A stretch of DNA of 63,393 nucleotides, filler included, from Intoshia linei (lineage: Eukaryota; Animalia; Orthonectida): NCBI GenBank assembly GCA_001642005.1. It is 4 parts of 4 records of this genome, joined end to end, with 100 filler letters (N's around TTAATTAATTAA, not from the genome) between each part and the next. Parts side by side here need not be neighbours in the genome. Positions count along the whole stretch, not along the records: positions 1 to 26,135 come from LWCA01000486.1; positions 26,236 to 48,422 come from LWCA01000602.1; 2 more parts are not named here. One strand, 5' to 3'. Shown here one piece after another: positions 25,460 through 38,800 of this stretch. A model generated the notes under the pieces. The model was not told the origin of the DNA and did not search any database. It saw only the letters and a list, made by a program, of their open reading frames with translations. Numbering within the stretch: the stretch's first letter is position 1; every line of letters begins with the position of its first letter. Both the position numbers and the translations under genes were made by a program.

Positions 25460-26135
25460 CTAAAAATATAATACAACTATATACACTAGGGTGTCACATT
25501 TTTTGAAAAATTTTAGAATTCGATGGGAAATTAGCACTAAAAGTGTGTATTTTTAAAATAGAAAAACTAATTCGCAATCAAAAATATTTAACGCTATCTA
25601 TTCGAGTTGCGTTTGTCATTTTAAATATCACTGTATAAATATTATGAAGAAATTAAAATTGAACTTTATTTTAACGGAAATCGGCGTTTGAGCTTTTAAA
25701 CGTGGTACCGCCTTTATAATACTGTTCTCCATGTTTAGTTATACCGGCTATTTTTTTAAATTTGTTTCTAGCTCAATTTTTTTGGATTTTATTAACGATT
25801 TAATTTCTCGAATTCTGATTATTTACAATATAATAAATTCATTCAAATACAAGACATTATCGATCTTGTTAGTCATGTTTGCAATAAATATGGTCAATAC
25901 AGAAATTGCATAATATACCAAAATTTATTAGATATTTTTTGTTAAAATAACTTTTAAGTCATTTTTAAGAAGCACAAATTAAATTAATCTTTTACAATAT
26001 TATTAAGAGATTAAAATTATTTTTCAATTAAGAATAATCCTGTTAAGGAGATTTGTTATTATAAAGTATTATAATCACAATATATTTTCCCTTTTTTTTC
26101 TTGGACAGATTACACTACCAATATAATTTAATTGA

Positions 26136-26235
26136 NNNNNNNNNNNNNNNNNNNNNNNNNNNNNNNNNNNNNNNNNNNNTTAATTAATTAANNNNNNNNN
26201 NNNNNNNNNNNNNNNNNNNNNNNNNNNNNNNNNNN
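26136..26235. other. artificial contig linker
   Basis: 44 N + TTAATTAATTAA + 44 N, identical to 48423 and 59722. Confidence 0.97.
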
Positions 26236-26693
26236 TCCTCCACAATCAAATTTTTTAATTGTGAATGACATTGATCAACATAAAATGTTGCAAATGAAAT
26301 ACCACATTCTTTAAATCCTGTCTATATTAAACAAGACTCAACTTGATCTTTGTAGATTAAGCACCAATCAATTATTTTAGAATATGGAACTTTTTTTAAA
26401 TTCCTATTTACGGTAAAAATATTTACATTATCAATATTATGAGCCAACCAGTTATTATATTCATCTCCATAATATTGTTGGAATCCCCTTTTGCAAAAAA
26501 CATCAACTTGAAGGATCCCTGTCATTTCAGGGGGAATGTACCTTATTATTAAATTTTCTTATTTATACTTATCTCCAATGCCAAGATGACTAGAAAAGGA
26601 ATCCACTATGAGTAATGTTTTTCAAATTTTAGTTTGGTTTTGAAATGTTATTAGAATATGCTGCTGAATAAAGCCTCGTTAATGGGGAATTAC
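26236..26693 (-). pseudogene. pogo-family DDE_1 transposase remnant (C-terminal half)
   Basis: KTLLIVDSFSSHL..IRYIPPEMTGILQVDVF..YNNWL..KVPYSKIIDW..I*TGFKECGIS with in-frame stops. Confidence 0.8.
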
Positions 26694-26724
26694 CTGTATA
26701 TATGTCGTATATAATGTGTAAAAC

Positions 26725-27268
26725 TGTGAAATGTACACATTATATGGGCAAGTCGTAGAATGTGTAAAATTTTCATTTATATATTAATTTTGGGTTTTAG
26801 AAATTGTTTTTAAACCACCCTTAAAGTTCTGTTAAAAAAATTTCTAAAAACACCCTTTAAAATCTTAAGAACCCCATTGAAACTTTGGTTTAAAAAAAAT
26901 CTTAAAAACCCTTTTGAAACTTTTGTTCAAAAAAAAATTTCCTAAAAACCCCCTTCTAATTTGGTTCAAAAAAATTTCTAAAAACACCCCTTAAAGTTTG
27001 GTTTAAAAAAAATTTCTAAAACCCAAAATTAATATATAAATGAAAATTTTACACATTCTATAACTTGCCCTTCAAATTTGGTTTAAAAAAATTTCTAAAA
27101 AACCCCTGTCGTGAATTTGGTTCAAAAAAAAAATTTTAAAAATTTTAAAAATCCCCTTGAAAGTTTGATTCAAAAAAAATTTCTAAAACCCAAAATTAAA
27201 TAAAATTAAAATATAAATGAAAATTTTACACATTCTACGACTTGCCAGTGGAATGTGTACATTTTACA
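26725..27268. repeat. foldback-like element: ~80-bp inverted arms around a ~40-bp tandem array
   Basis: Arm GGCAAGTCGTAGAATGTGTAAAATTTTCATTTATA (~26748) inverted at ~27035-27069 and ~27212-27247; units like AAAAAATTTCTAAAAACACCCCTTAAAGTTTGGTT between. Confidence 0.75.
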
Positions 27269-27298
27269 ATTCTATATATTCTATAAATATTCTTTTAG

Positions 27299-30200
27299 AA
27301 ATTTACACAGCGACATAAAAAATCTCAAATGGAACACTATTATTTTTTCGCACTGTATGAATATAATATAAAAGCACAAAATAAATTTGAAGCAGCAATG
27401 TGCTTGTCAACTTTATGTGATCGATTGTCTGTATATTTTTTAATTTCAGAGTACTGTCAAAATCTCATTTAAACAATATTTTGTTTAACGAGTATTTAAT
27501 TTAATCATCGCCGAAATTGTAATTACTGTATAAATTCCCAAATAGATTGTATTTAACGATATTCAGAATAACAAAATATAAAAAATTATTATTAAAAATA
27601 AATATTATTTATTTTTTGAGAGATTAAAATGGCACCTTTAGGTTTCGAATATACTTAAAGTTGAAAATTTTTAATGACATGTTTTATATTGCTACTTTTG
27701 ATGACAATTTGATTAATGAAAAATGAAATTAAACATGAAAGGTTTAATAATAAATTATTACTAATAATGTATATGAATGCTAATGTACATAATTATTAAT
27801 GTACAAATTACATAATGTCATAATTACATAAAAAACATCATGCATATACATAATTAATGTACAATATTAGTTTTTATCAGGTAATAAATGGTAACATTAT
27901 ATGTAAGGCATATAAAATACAAGATAATAAATAGTATTACCATATTCATTCATTCATTCCATATTATTTTAGTTAAATGATATTTTGACTTTATCGATTT
28001 GTACTGTGATTGACATAGTTAATTGGAAAAAAATTCAAATTTATGTTTACTTAAAAAAGTTAAACTTAAAACGCTCATTAATGATTTGTTTAAATTTGAA
28101 ATTAACTTGTATTTAATTAAGAAAATCAGATTTAAAAATTGTATTTTTTATTTTTATTGTATAGGTAAATGATGACTTAACAATTGTTCCAGATGATTTT
28201 GTACAATGTAACAATGAACCTACGTATATGGACATAAAAATAGAATTGATTGCGAAATCATTTAATTTGTTTTGTGATAGCAAGGTAGATTTATTCTAAT
28301 TTAAATATTTGAATAACATGTATTATAAAGGCTCTGGAAGAAGCAATTAAATTAGCACAGAGAATGGCATATTATTTTCGAAATGTTACTTTTGATTATA
28401 TGAAATTATCTTCTATTTTGGTAACTACATTGTATTAATCCTGTGCATTGTGTATTGCATATGTATAATTATACATTATTAACATATATAATACAGTAGT
28501 TTTTGTACAATATGAATGACAAGGGACCGGATATTTAGAATATTCATAATAGAGTTGGTTGTACAATATGAATATGAATTAAGAATGAAGTGAATATTAA
28601 CACAAATGTATAAGTAATTATTTTTGCAATGGAAAATAGTTCTAATTTTATTGCAATTTTCAATTTTTTATTTTAAAAGATCTGTTTTCATCACAGTTAA
28701 ATAGTCATTATTTCTATATTTTTCTACAGCTTCAGAAAATAATTCTTTCCATTCTTTTATTTTAGACTCGCTTACTAGTTTTAATTTAATGGAATTTCTG
28801 GTTAAAAAAAAAAATTTAAACAATCAGTAGAGGCTTTAAAATCGTTCAAATTCCAAAGACTGGCAATTTCCAGCGCCATTTCTTTCAATATATTGCCACT
28901 TATACTTATATTTAATGTCCGTTGACGTTGAAACCACTGATTCAATTTTCATAGATTTATTTAGATAAGGTTGTCTCTTCTAATTCAAATTTAAATTATT
29001 ACAAGTAAGGATTTCTTCGCAATTTTTTAACGATTTATTTATTAAAGCTACTAAAATTGAATTTTTGGTGGCTAAATGTTTTTGAGATCGATTTAAATAT
29101 TCGTGAAACAGTTTAATCAATTTTATTTTATCATTTATCGAAAAATCTTTTTCTCTTCATTTTCAAATTTATATTGAATGAAATTCATATTAAAAAAATT
29201 TTCTCATAATAAATACTATAAAAATCTAACTTTTATTTTCATGAAATTCATATAAGCGTGAATTCATATTATACAGTATTCATATTGAATAGAAACCACT
29301 GTACATGTATTATAAATATATATAAAATAAATATAATAATATTTATTTGATATCTTAATATGTTTTAAAAGGAAAAAGAATCAAAATTGTACCTTGATGT
29401 AATTAATGAAACCAAAATTGATCCTATTTATGTAATTTTATTATTGAATTATTATTACAATTGATAATCTATATTTACAATCTTATTTAGTATCGTATAT
29501 CATTTTACGGAAAAGGGTTTAGTAATTTGCTTCGTGTAAGATATTTTAATGATTTTTTCATCTATAATTAATAGAACAGAACTTGTATTTTGGCTAATGA
29601 AGCAGCACAGCATGTTAATCAAATTCACAATATTTTATCAATTATGTATCCTGGAGTTAATGTAAAATTATTATTTATTATAAAATTTATAGTCATGACT
29701 CATCAGTAGCATTTTATGTTTTTTTGTACAAACAGTAGCTACTGTGACTTGGGGAAGTTTCCAAATATATGTTTTTACATATTAAATTTATCAAGTTTTA
29801 TTCAAAAAGCGTAATTTGTAGTTTTGCCCGTGAAAATGAAAATTTACCACACTTTTTACGCCAAGAAATACTGACTTGGAATTTGTGTTTTTAAAATTCT
29901 AATACATTTTCAGCAACTTTTACATACTGTGTACGTTATATAAGTAATGATTATAATAAGAAAAAAATAATAATGTTATTAAATTTTATTTGTTATATTT
30001 TTTCCTATTGAATTTATATTTCATTTTATTTTTAGTTCCATGAATCTCTAGAAGAAGTAACCGAAGAGCAAAAAAATACTGAAAGAATGCGTAATTAATT
30101 AGTTAAAATAATCAAAATTGTCAAAATTATTGTTATTATTAATGGGTGTCTACTTAAATCCATCATTTTTACTTAAATCCGAACATTTTTACTAAAAATC

Positions 30201-32206
30201 AAAATTTACCAACCCTTTAGGGAAAATTCCTGTTTTACCAAATTTTAAAGGAAAAATCGAGTATTACCAACCCTAAAATCAAAAAATCCTTTTTACCAAA
30301 CCTTTAAGGAAAATTCCAGTTTTACCAAGCCTTATGGAAAAATCGAGTTTTACCATCACTAAAAGGAAAAATGCAGTATAAGTTTTAATTTTTTAGGGTT
30401 GGTAAAACTCGATTTTTCGTTTTAGGATTTGTGAAAATGAATTTTTCCTTTAAGGGTGGTAAAATTGACATTTTCCCTAAAAAGTTTAGTAAAAGTGGAT
30501 TTTTAGTAAAAATGGTTGGGTTTAAGAATATTCTCATTATTAATTGTAATTAATTTCAGTAATTCACGCTCATCGCGTTTTCACTGTATCCACAAAATAT
30601 TATGACTTTAGAGATCAAGAATTACATCCAAATATTTTAAGGTAAAATTTATAACTATTATTATTATGGTCGAATTGGTTATTATCAATTTTTTACACTT
30701 GACATAATCGAAAAAATTATTAAACGAAAAATTAAAAAAACTCGAGTGTATGAATGACCCTTTTGGTTAGGGTCAAGTATTATCTTTACAAAAGATTTAA
30801 TAAATTATGTATTATTATATTTTATTATTAGATACTACCGTGATTTCAATATTTCCAAATTTGAATCAACACGACCAATTGGCAAAAAACTTAACGATAT
30901 TACCGTAAATTATATTTTTAACCTACTCGTATAATGCTGAAAATTGCGATTTATTTATAAAAATATGATTCTGTAAAAAATTAAAAATAAGCCTCTAAAA
31001 TTTCACAAATGGTACGTAGTGTCATAGCCCCTAGCCACCTCACTACAATCTGCACTCGATTAATTTAGATGGTTGAAATCGACAGAACAGTTATATTCAA
31101 AAATGTAAATTTTTTAATCCTTAATTTGAAATTTACGAAATTAAGTCCTAATGAGGGTCTCGGTTTGATAGTTTCGATTGTGGGGAATTTAATATAAATA
31201 TAATTATTGACATTGAATTTTATGCTAATAATTAGCCAAATTTAGAACTTGTGGTTAGAAAAAACAATATTCATAACTGAAAGAACTCTACCGTGTTTAA
31301 CCAAACTTGTAGATGTCATCAATGTTATTAGGGTAAATGTAACGTAATTAATTTTTAATAAAAAATTAGGAAAAATTATCACCAGTAGTTGCTGCAATAG
31401 ATAAAATGAATGAAACTAACGACAAAATAATATTCTTAATGATAGAATGTAAAGAAAACGTAAAAATTAATGAATTAAAAAGAGAGGAAGCGCTTAAAGC
31501 TGGTAGAACTCCAGAAAAAGAAAAATCTTCAGGTGATTTTACTATGGTTCTCAAAGGGTGTATTGAACCTACAGTTAATGGTGGAATAGCGAATTTTCAG
31601 GTAGAAATAAAATAGTTTTTATTTAGCTATCCATCTAGTCGTTCTTCAATGATGAATATTTAATAAATTCTAAACATAAAGAAAAAGACAAGGAGGATAT
31701 TCAAATTTTAAAAGAAACAATTGGATATCATGTTCATTTCATTTTACAGTTTTTTAATTTTTTAGGCTGAAGTTTTAAGTAACGCTTTGAGATTGCACAG
31801 ATTGCATGTTAATGATGAGATGAAACCTCTTCACGATCATCTTGTCAACACGTATTTCGAATTGAAAAAGCAATTGGAAAACAATCTACATATCAAGGCA
31901 TTTTTTAATTGTAATTACATAACACGTACATTTAGTTAGCCGATCATTTGTTAGTCGAGAATGACGAAGATGCTGTGTAATGAATATTTATCTATTTTTA
32001 AAATTTTTTTGTTAGCTTATTTAAAGACAGCATTACGGAAGTTAACACCGATAATATCAAAGATAGAAATAGCAAAAGAATTATGCGAAATGTTTCTAAA
32101 CTTAACGCTAGACATAGAAAAATGGTATGAAAATTATATAAGATTATTCTATAATTCACTTATTTAGCTATCAACTGTAGGCAAAATATCAAATAATGAT
32201 ATTTAG
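27299..32206 (+). CDS. DOCK-A/B family (DOCK1-5/Mbc/CED-5-like) Rac-GEF, DHR2 portion, 5'-partial
   Basis: About 16 short exons: NKFEAAMCL, ALEEAIKLAQRMAYYFRNVTFDYMKLSSIL, YYRISFYGKGFSNLLRN, ERTLPCLTK, LSPVVAAIDKM, FTMVLKGCIEPTVNGGIANFQ, EMKPLHDHL; stop at 32204-32206. Confidence 0.88.
28494..29301 (-). mobile_element. Tigger/pogo internal-deletion element in DOCK intron
   Basis: TA|CAGTAGTTTT..CAATATGAAT and ATTCATATTG..AAACCACTG|TA ends; minus strand reads WFQRQRTLNISISGNILKEMALEIASLWNLNDFKAS (CENP-B/Tc5 HTH). Confidence 0.85.
30140..30540. repeat. foldback-like intronic repeat of TTTACCAACCC..GGAAAA units
   Basis: ~32-bp subrepeats run forward to ~30370 then inverted to ~30520; the same unit occurs at ~14110-14420, 23300, 39930-40240, 55000-55240, 59560-59960. 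Confidence 0.65.
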
Positions 32207-32350
32207 TATATTTATTAATACATTTTTTACATTCCAATATATTTATAATGTAATCCAATATTCATGTTGAATCAAAAAATATCTAGGAATCAGCTTAACA
32301 TGAGAAAATGAATATTCACATTTTTGAAAAAATTAATCTTTCTCAGTATA

Positions 32351-32650
32351 TCCTAACTTATATAATATGCGACGCGATTTTTGTTTGTGTGTCTATGTCC
32401 TAATTTATTGAAATAACTAGCACTCTTAGAATTTTTTAAAGACCACATTTCAATTACAGTTTTTTCTGGGACGTATAATAACATAAATTTCAACCTCCCA
32501 ATTTCACATCTTAAGGGTCAAAAACCCCTGTTGTCCCTCTTTTTGAAAATTAAACGAATTGAAGAATTTAAAAAAATTATACCTTCATGGCCAAAACCCC
32601 AAATTCCCTTTTTTTTTGAAAACCTAGAATTTCCAAAAATTTCAATCAAA
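32351..32650 (+). mobile_element. Helitron-like repeat, 5' part
   Basis: A|TCCTAACTTATATAATATGCGACGCGATTTTTGTTTGTGTG; closely similar to 10873. Confidence 0.55.
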
Positions 32651-33341
32651 GCTTAAACAAAAGACAATTACTTGAAATTTGATGACCCGACCAATAAAAT
32701 CAATTTTACCAATATGAAACTTAACTACTCTCTGGTGTTCACACCAGAGAATATTTTTTTAAAAGAACAAATTGTTAATTGTTAATTAATTAATTGTGTC
32801 AGTATTTTAGGTGCCTTTATTGAAAAAATAATTTTTTTACTGCCCTTCCAATTTAAATACTGACAATCAATTATTTATACTGACATCTTATCAATTGGCA
32901 CCTAAAATACTGAGAAACCATCTACAATACTGAAAAATCAATGTTTTTACTGACAAACCATCACCAATACTGACACAATAAATGCACGCCCATATAATTT
33001 ATAAAATTAATCAAGTACAATCATATAGTTAAGAAACTAAATTAAAAGGTTCTTTTTATAGGTGTATAAAAATTGTTACACATTAACCAGTAAAATGGAT
33101 CATTTCATTGCGCATGTTAATTCTTTTATATTCTGATTATTTATAGGTGTTTTTACATAACCAATTCATACGTGTCTGTAAATACTCGCAATTAATAATG
33201 TATTAATCCTAAATACAAATAAATAAATTTAATTTAAGTTAATTAATATTATGAACAATCCTCAAAATAAATAAATACATGTATAAACAACAACAATTAA
33301 AAAAAAAGTTTATAAAAAGATATTATGTCTAATTATACATA

Positions 33342-35478
33342 TTATACATTGTATCTATTTTTTAAATTTTCATTTTCCAATTTTTTGTCGGTAGCGTTTC
33401 GTTTAAAAGCCTATACATTTATTAATAAGATTTAATAGAAAAATACCTTATTAGCTTGGTAAAATAGTACAACGAGATATCTATTACAAACGTTGAATCC
33501 AGAAAGATGATCACACGCATTTTTTGCGTCAAATATGTCCTCATATACAACAAAAGCATTACCTTTGTTTGTTGGTAAATTTCCACTAAATAAAAACATT
33601 ATAATAGTATAGTGCCAATTTTTCCGGGATGTTGGTGTTAATAGAAGCATCGCTTCCGTACAATGTACATTACATACATATTACATATAATAAATTGTTA
33701 ATATTTATAAAAAAATCAAATGATGTGTTAATTTATAATAATTTTAAAATTAAAAAAATTTTAGTTAAATTAAAATTTTTATACAACTAGCTTGACTAAA
33801 TAAAATTATAAAAATATATTTTGTGATTTTCAATTCTGATAATATATATTCAGTACGAATTTAATAAATAATTAAAAATACCAATTATGTATCAATATTT
33901 AATAGAAATTTATTTCAGATGAATTTTACCAATATTGCAAAATATTGTAATAAACATAAAATGATAACAAAGTTGTATTATTTTTAGTAATTCGTTGCTG
34001 TAGTTTTAATTTAAATTTTAAACAAAATGTTTTGAAAATGAAAACTTGAGATTAATAAATTGCGTAGCCATGATAAAAAACTCGAAGGAATCAATTATAT
34101 AGATTTCCACCCATATTTATTTATTGGAAATGTGTAGACGTTCAATGCACATTTTTTTTGAATTGATTAATTTTTAATTGAAACATATTGGTTGGATAAT
34201 ATATTAAAAATTATTTTTCACTGGGAAAGCATGGCCTTTTGGGGTTAAAATTTTGAAATTATATCAAATGGAATAAACTCTATCAGAATAATTATTTTTT
34301 TAATTGTAGGACCATTAATTATTTCAAATTTTATTTTTGATAAAATAGTCTCGAAATAAAAAAATATTAATATTAAAGTACTTTTTTTGACCGTGAAGAT
34401 GTCACTTATTCAGATTGAAATTTTTTGTGTGTTTTAACAGGATACAACTTTATCATCTGTATTTTTTTTTAAATTCTAGGGCTGTTTTCATTTTAAAAAA
34501 AAAATGGTAATGTTGGTTTTGATCGTGAAAATTATTTTTTTTAAGTTTCCATTTATTAAAATTTTTATGAATTTATAAACTATCCTAGAATTTATGTTTA
34601 AAAAAATCTGGACATTTTTAATTTTAAAAACAATATATAATTTGTGGTTTTGATCATGAAGGTATGCGTTTTTGAGGCTGAGATTAACTACAATGTTAAG
34701 GCTTTATTAAATTTTTGGGTTGATTTTTTTTAAACAAAAGGAAAATTGGGTTTTTGATCATGAAGGACTCAAATTCTGAAACTGAAAAATGGATAAAAAC
34801 ACGTTTTCTGAAAAACGGTATTAGAAATTTTGAATTAGAAACGGCTGTCCCAAAAATTACTTTTTTTAAAATTATAAGATGCTTCATATTTTATATTTCA
34901 TATTTGTAATTTGAATTTGACATTCTGTCCGTCATTACAAATTTTATTAATGGAAATCTACAATTTTTCTTCATTTGATGAAAATATTTTATAATTTCCT
35001 CAAATGTATTAGCTATAGCAATATACAAAAATATCTTATTTTTTAAAGAAAATTATTGGTTCTAAGAGTAAATTCTTAAAAAAAGTTGAAAAACACTCAA
35101 TAGAGAATAGAAAATGTGTGTGAATTTTTGGTTTAGTCGAGTGATTCTATTGAACCACTGATTTAAATGAACAAAATTTTAAATTTTCCAATATTCTGAG
35201 TGTCAGAATTAGTTAATTAGATAAATGCATGCAAAATTAATAATTACACTCTTATTTGACGAATAGGTCCATATTTTCCAAAAATATCATACAATTCTTC
35301 GCTGGATATTTTATAAGGTAAATTTCTGACATATAATATTCTATTAACTTCTGGAGGAAGCCTCATCTAAATGACATGTTTAACATTTATTCGTTATAAA
35401 TATTATAATTTTATATTAAATACTTATTATATAAGGTTAAAAAATAAAAATTACATTGCTTCTGTGAAAATCGTTCAT
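33342..35478 (-). CDS. SF3B6: splicing factor 3B subunit 6 (p14)
   Basis: Four exons: MNDFHRSN / [40 protein letters not shown] / [46 protein letters not shown] / [14 protein letters not shown]. Confidence 0.96.
33820..34830 (-). mobile_element. Helitron-like family copy filling SF3B6 intron 2
   Basis: Reverse-orientation homology to 10440-11550 and direct homology to 60820-61680. Confidence 0.55.
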
Positions 35479-35841
35479 TTTATTCCAAAATTTATAATTA
35501 CGAATTTATGAATATTTATAATATATTTCTATAGTTACACTTTAAATTGAATTTTTAAAATAAATAATTTTGTTTAACAACTCGTTAACAACTAAGAGAC
35601 TCAATCTGATTAAGTTTAATTCAATTTTCAATCGAACTCACTCGGGTATACATTATACAATCAATAGAAATAATTCAATTTTGCATGATACTAAATGTTT
35701 TTCACATATAACACTTTAAATGTGGGTACTTTAAAGGTTTTTATAAATTTATAACTTTAGTTTTAAGTTTTTCTAAAATAAAGTGCGCGCATTTTTATTT
35801 TGTTTTTTGTAAATTCATCATCTTGTAATACATTTATTAAA

Positions 35842-38800
35842 TTAAACTAAATTTGGCAAATCCTGAGGTATATTCAATTCTTCAAAAGTTTCACATTCTT
35901 TGTGAGTTGTTTTTACTTTGTCTTTACTTTTAAGTTTCATATTGGTAAAATCAATTTTATTGGTCGGGTCATCAAATTCCAAGTAATTGTCTTTTGTTTT
36001 TATTTTCGTTTCAATTTTTTGTTTATTCTTTGATTGCAATTTTTTCTTTTCCAATTCATAATTTCGATATAATTCATTTGGTTTCATCTAAATGTTTAAT
36101 ATTAATATGAAAAGCATATGATTCATTTAAATTAATAATTTTTTAAGTAATGTTTACCCTTGGCATTGTAATTGTAAGATTTCCGGTTGCCTGTGATCTT
36201 TCTGCAACAGATTTTTCACAATTTACTTCATCAGGTAAAACTAATTGAAATGTCTAAAAATTAATTAAATCGAATAAAAAACATTCTTACAATGTTCACT
36301 GAACATTGGTCACTACCAATACTGACAAATCAAATATTTTTATTTTTAAAATTATTAAAATTGAATTGAAATTTTAATTATGTTACCTTCCCTTTTGAAA
36401 TTAACCGAACAAAACTTGGTTGTACATCCAAATCGCAATGATGAGTTTGCATGTGCCTAAATTTCAATTAAAAATTGAAAATTCATCAAAATATGAATTT
36501 AATTATCACTTGAATAGTGAAATTTGCAAAATAATAAGGTATTCATCCTGATCAAGTTTAAATTCAAATCTAAAATAATTTTAAATATATAAATATGAAA
36601 AATGTAAACTTTTGTTGGTTAATATTCAAAAATCTTCCATCCTTAGCCTGCAAACGAGTAGGTGTTTTTTTGGTTTCTTTTGGTTTTCTAAAAGTATATA
36701 TTTAATAACTATTATTTGTTGTTTCCCAACCTCGGGGATGTAAAATAAAAATTATTAATTACAGTTTTTTCCTAGTAATGTCTTTAAAAAATTAAATTGA
36801 TGCCACTTTAAAGAAGGTTGAGAACGGTTGGTTTCAGAGCCGAACCTACCCAGCTCGAGTCACCGAAAATGAAAAATAAGCCTTACATTTTCCCCCTAAC
36901 TACATAAATATATGTATACTATACTAACGTCCTCTCTAAGGTTCTTTAATTGATTTTTTAAATAGTTATGATGTTCAAGAATATAATTTTTGCAATGCTC
37001 AATTTAGAAAAATAGTCACCATTTTACAAAATTTTAGTCGAGGTCTTGAAGAGGGTCTCGTTTTACAGTAGTTTTAGTCATTTATACAATTTTATCATTT
37101 CTTAAGTAAAAAAATATAAACTCTCTTTTATTTTCTTTTTCTGTCTGCATTCTTTCATGCATTGCAATTTTTGTTTCCGGTGTAAAGGCAATTTTTGAAT
37201 TCCAAAATCTATTAATTTTGAGTTAGTTAATAAATTTTTGATATGATAAAATTTACTCTTCATCATCCTTGTTAGCCTTTAACCTAAATTCATATTAATC
37301 ATGTTTAAATTATTAATGTACAATGTTTTATTTTTGATATATTTTTGGGTATATTAACTGGAAAAATTTGCATCAAATGTAGTATTTTTTAAAATTCTGC
37401 CGCTTTAGTTTTTTTCAGTTTAAAAAATAATTCGTAATTTGTGGTTTTGTGGATATACTATTATTAAAATTAAATTTACGATAATGTGCATGATTTAAAA
37501 CTGTATCACAATTTGATTTTTAAAATTCTAAATTTTATTTCATATTTTAAAAAAAGGGTAATTTGTTGTTTTGGTCATAAAGGTGGCAATTTTAGAATTT
37601 GAAAGTTATCTTGATAATTTGAAAGACCCTTAATTAATAACGCCGAAAAAACCGAGTTAGAGATTTCTGGGAAAGTGGACGGTGAGTTTTATCAATAAAT
37701 AATTACACACAGACAAATTGTTAGAAATAATGCTTTACTTATTCAAAATTGTCTGTTTGTGTTGTCGTTTAAATTTTAATGAAAAAATTAAGAGTTCTAG
37801 AATTTAAAAAATCCCAATTTCTAATATAGTTTTTCGAAAGTGATGTTTTATAGTAGATATCATTTACAAAAGTTATCATTAATCGCAACTACAAAAACTA
37901 CAAATTACGCATTATTTTGAAACAATAAAAAGCTATAAGTAGTTGGTTTATTTACAGAAATTTGTTGTACTTTTTTGTGCAGATATGAATTTATTAAAAA
38001 AACTTTGATGTTGCAAATTGGAATATTGATATTTTTTGACAAAATTTATTACGATGCTCTTTACATAATGTTGTTTTTGATTATGTATTTCTAATTTTAT
38101 TCTATTAAAAAGTAGTGGATGAACCAAGACCAAGATGAACAATGTCGCCATATCTAGTGGGCTTTGCCCACATTTGATGCGTTTGTTATAGTATTTTAAT
38201 ACACTTTATATAATTATAATTATATCCTCTTCTGTTATAATAAAATCTTACAATTCTCCAATATTGATCTTTTGCTTTTCCTAAATAATAATTTGATATT
38301 AATAAAAATTTAAATTAAATTACTCGGTATTTTAGGGAGCTTACTTCTTGTGCTAGCACCAATTCTTTATTATCATAGTAGTTCTGTTTTTAAATAAAAA
38401 GTATTATCATTATATAAATTGATTGAAGTTACTAATTTATTGATATTAATTTTATAGAAGTACTTGTAAAAAGTAATAGATGCAATTCATGTTTTTTTTG
38501 GGAAAAATCAAAATTTTCTTAAGATCATTGAAAAAATCGAAAAGTAATTGTAATCACTCATTTCTTAAAGGTTTCAGTCAGATCTACTGAAAAATATCGT
38601 CAGATTTATTTAGTGGAAAGTACATGTTGAAAAATTGTTGAATAGTCAGGGGCGGATCCAAGATGTTAGTTAATGGGGTGCGAGCGAAACAAGCAATTTA
38701 TTTAACTTTAAAAAATTTTAGGGGCGTCTAGTTTAATTTTAAAGCGTTTCTTTTAATTTCATTTAAAGGTTGTTATACAATAGTTTCCAAATTTGTATTT

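Noticed and set aside
26180-26191. TTAATTAATTAA palindrome flanked by Ns, three times
   Set aside because: Identical all-frame-stop linker added during assembly; not biological.
26800-27200. Regular ~40-bp repeats as a CRISPR array
   Set aside because: Degenerate tandem units with no unique spacers, no cas genes, eukaryotic context.
31898-31939. Possible GC-AG intron in DOCK (31898-31935)
   Set aside because: A 29-nt GT-AG intron (31911-31939) keeps the same frame; cannot be decided without cDNA.
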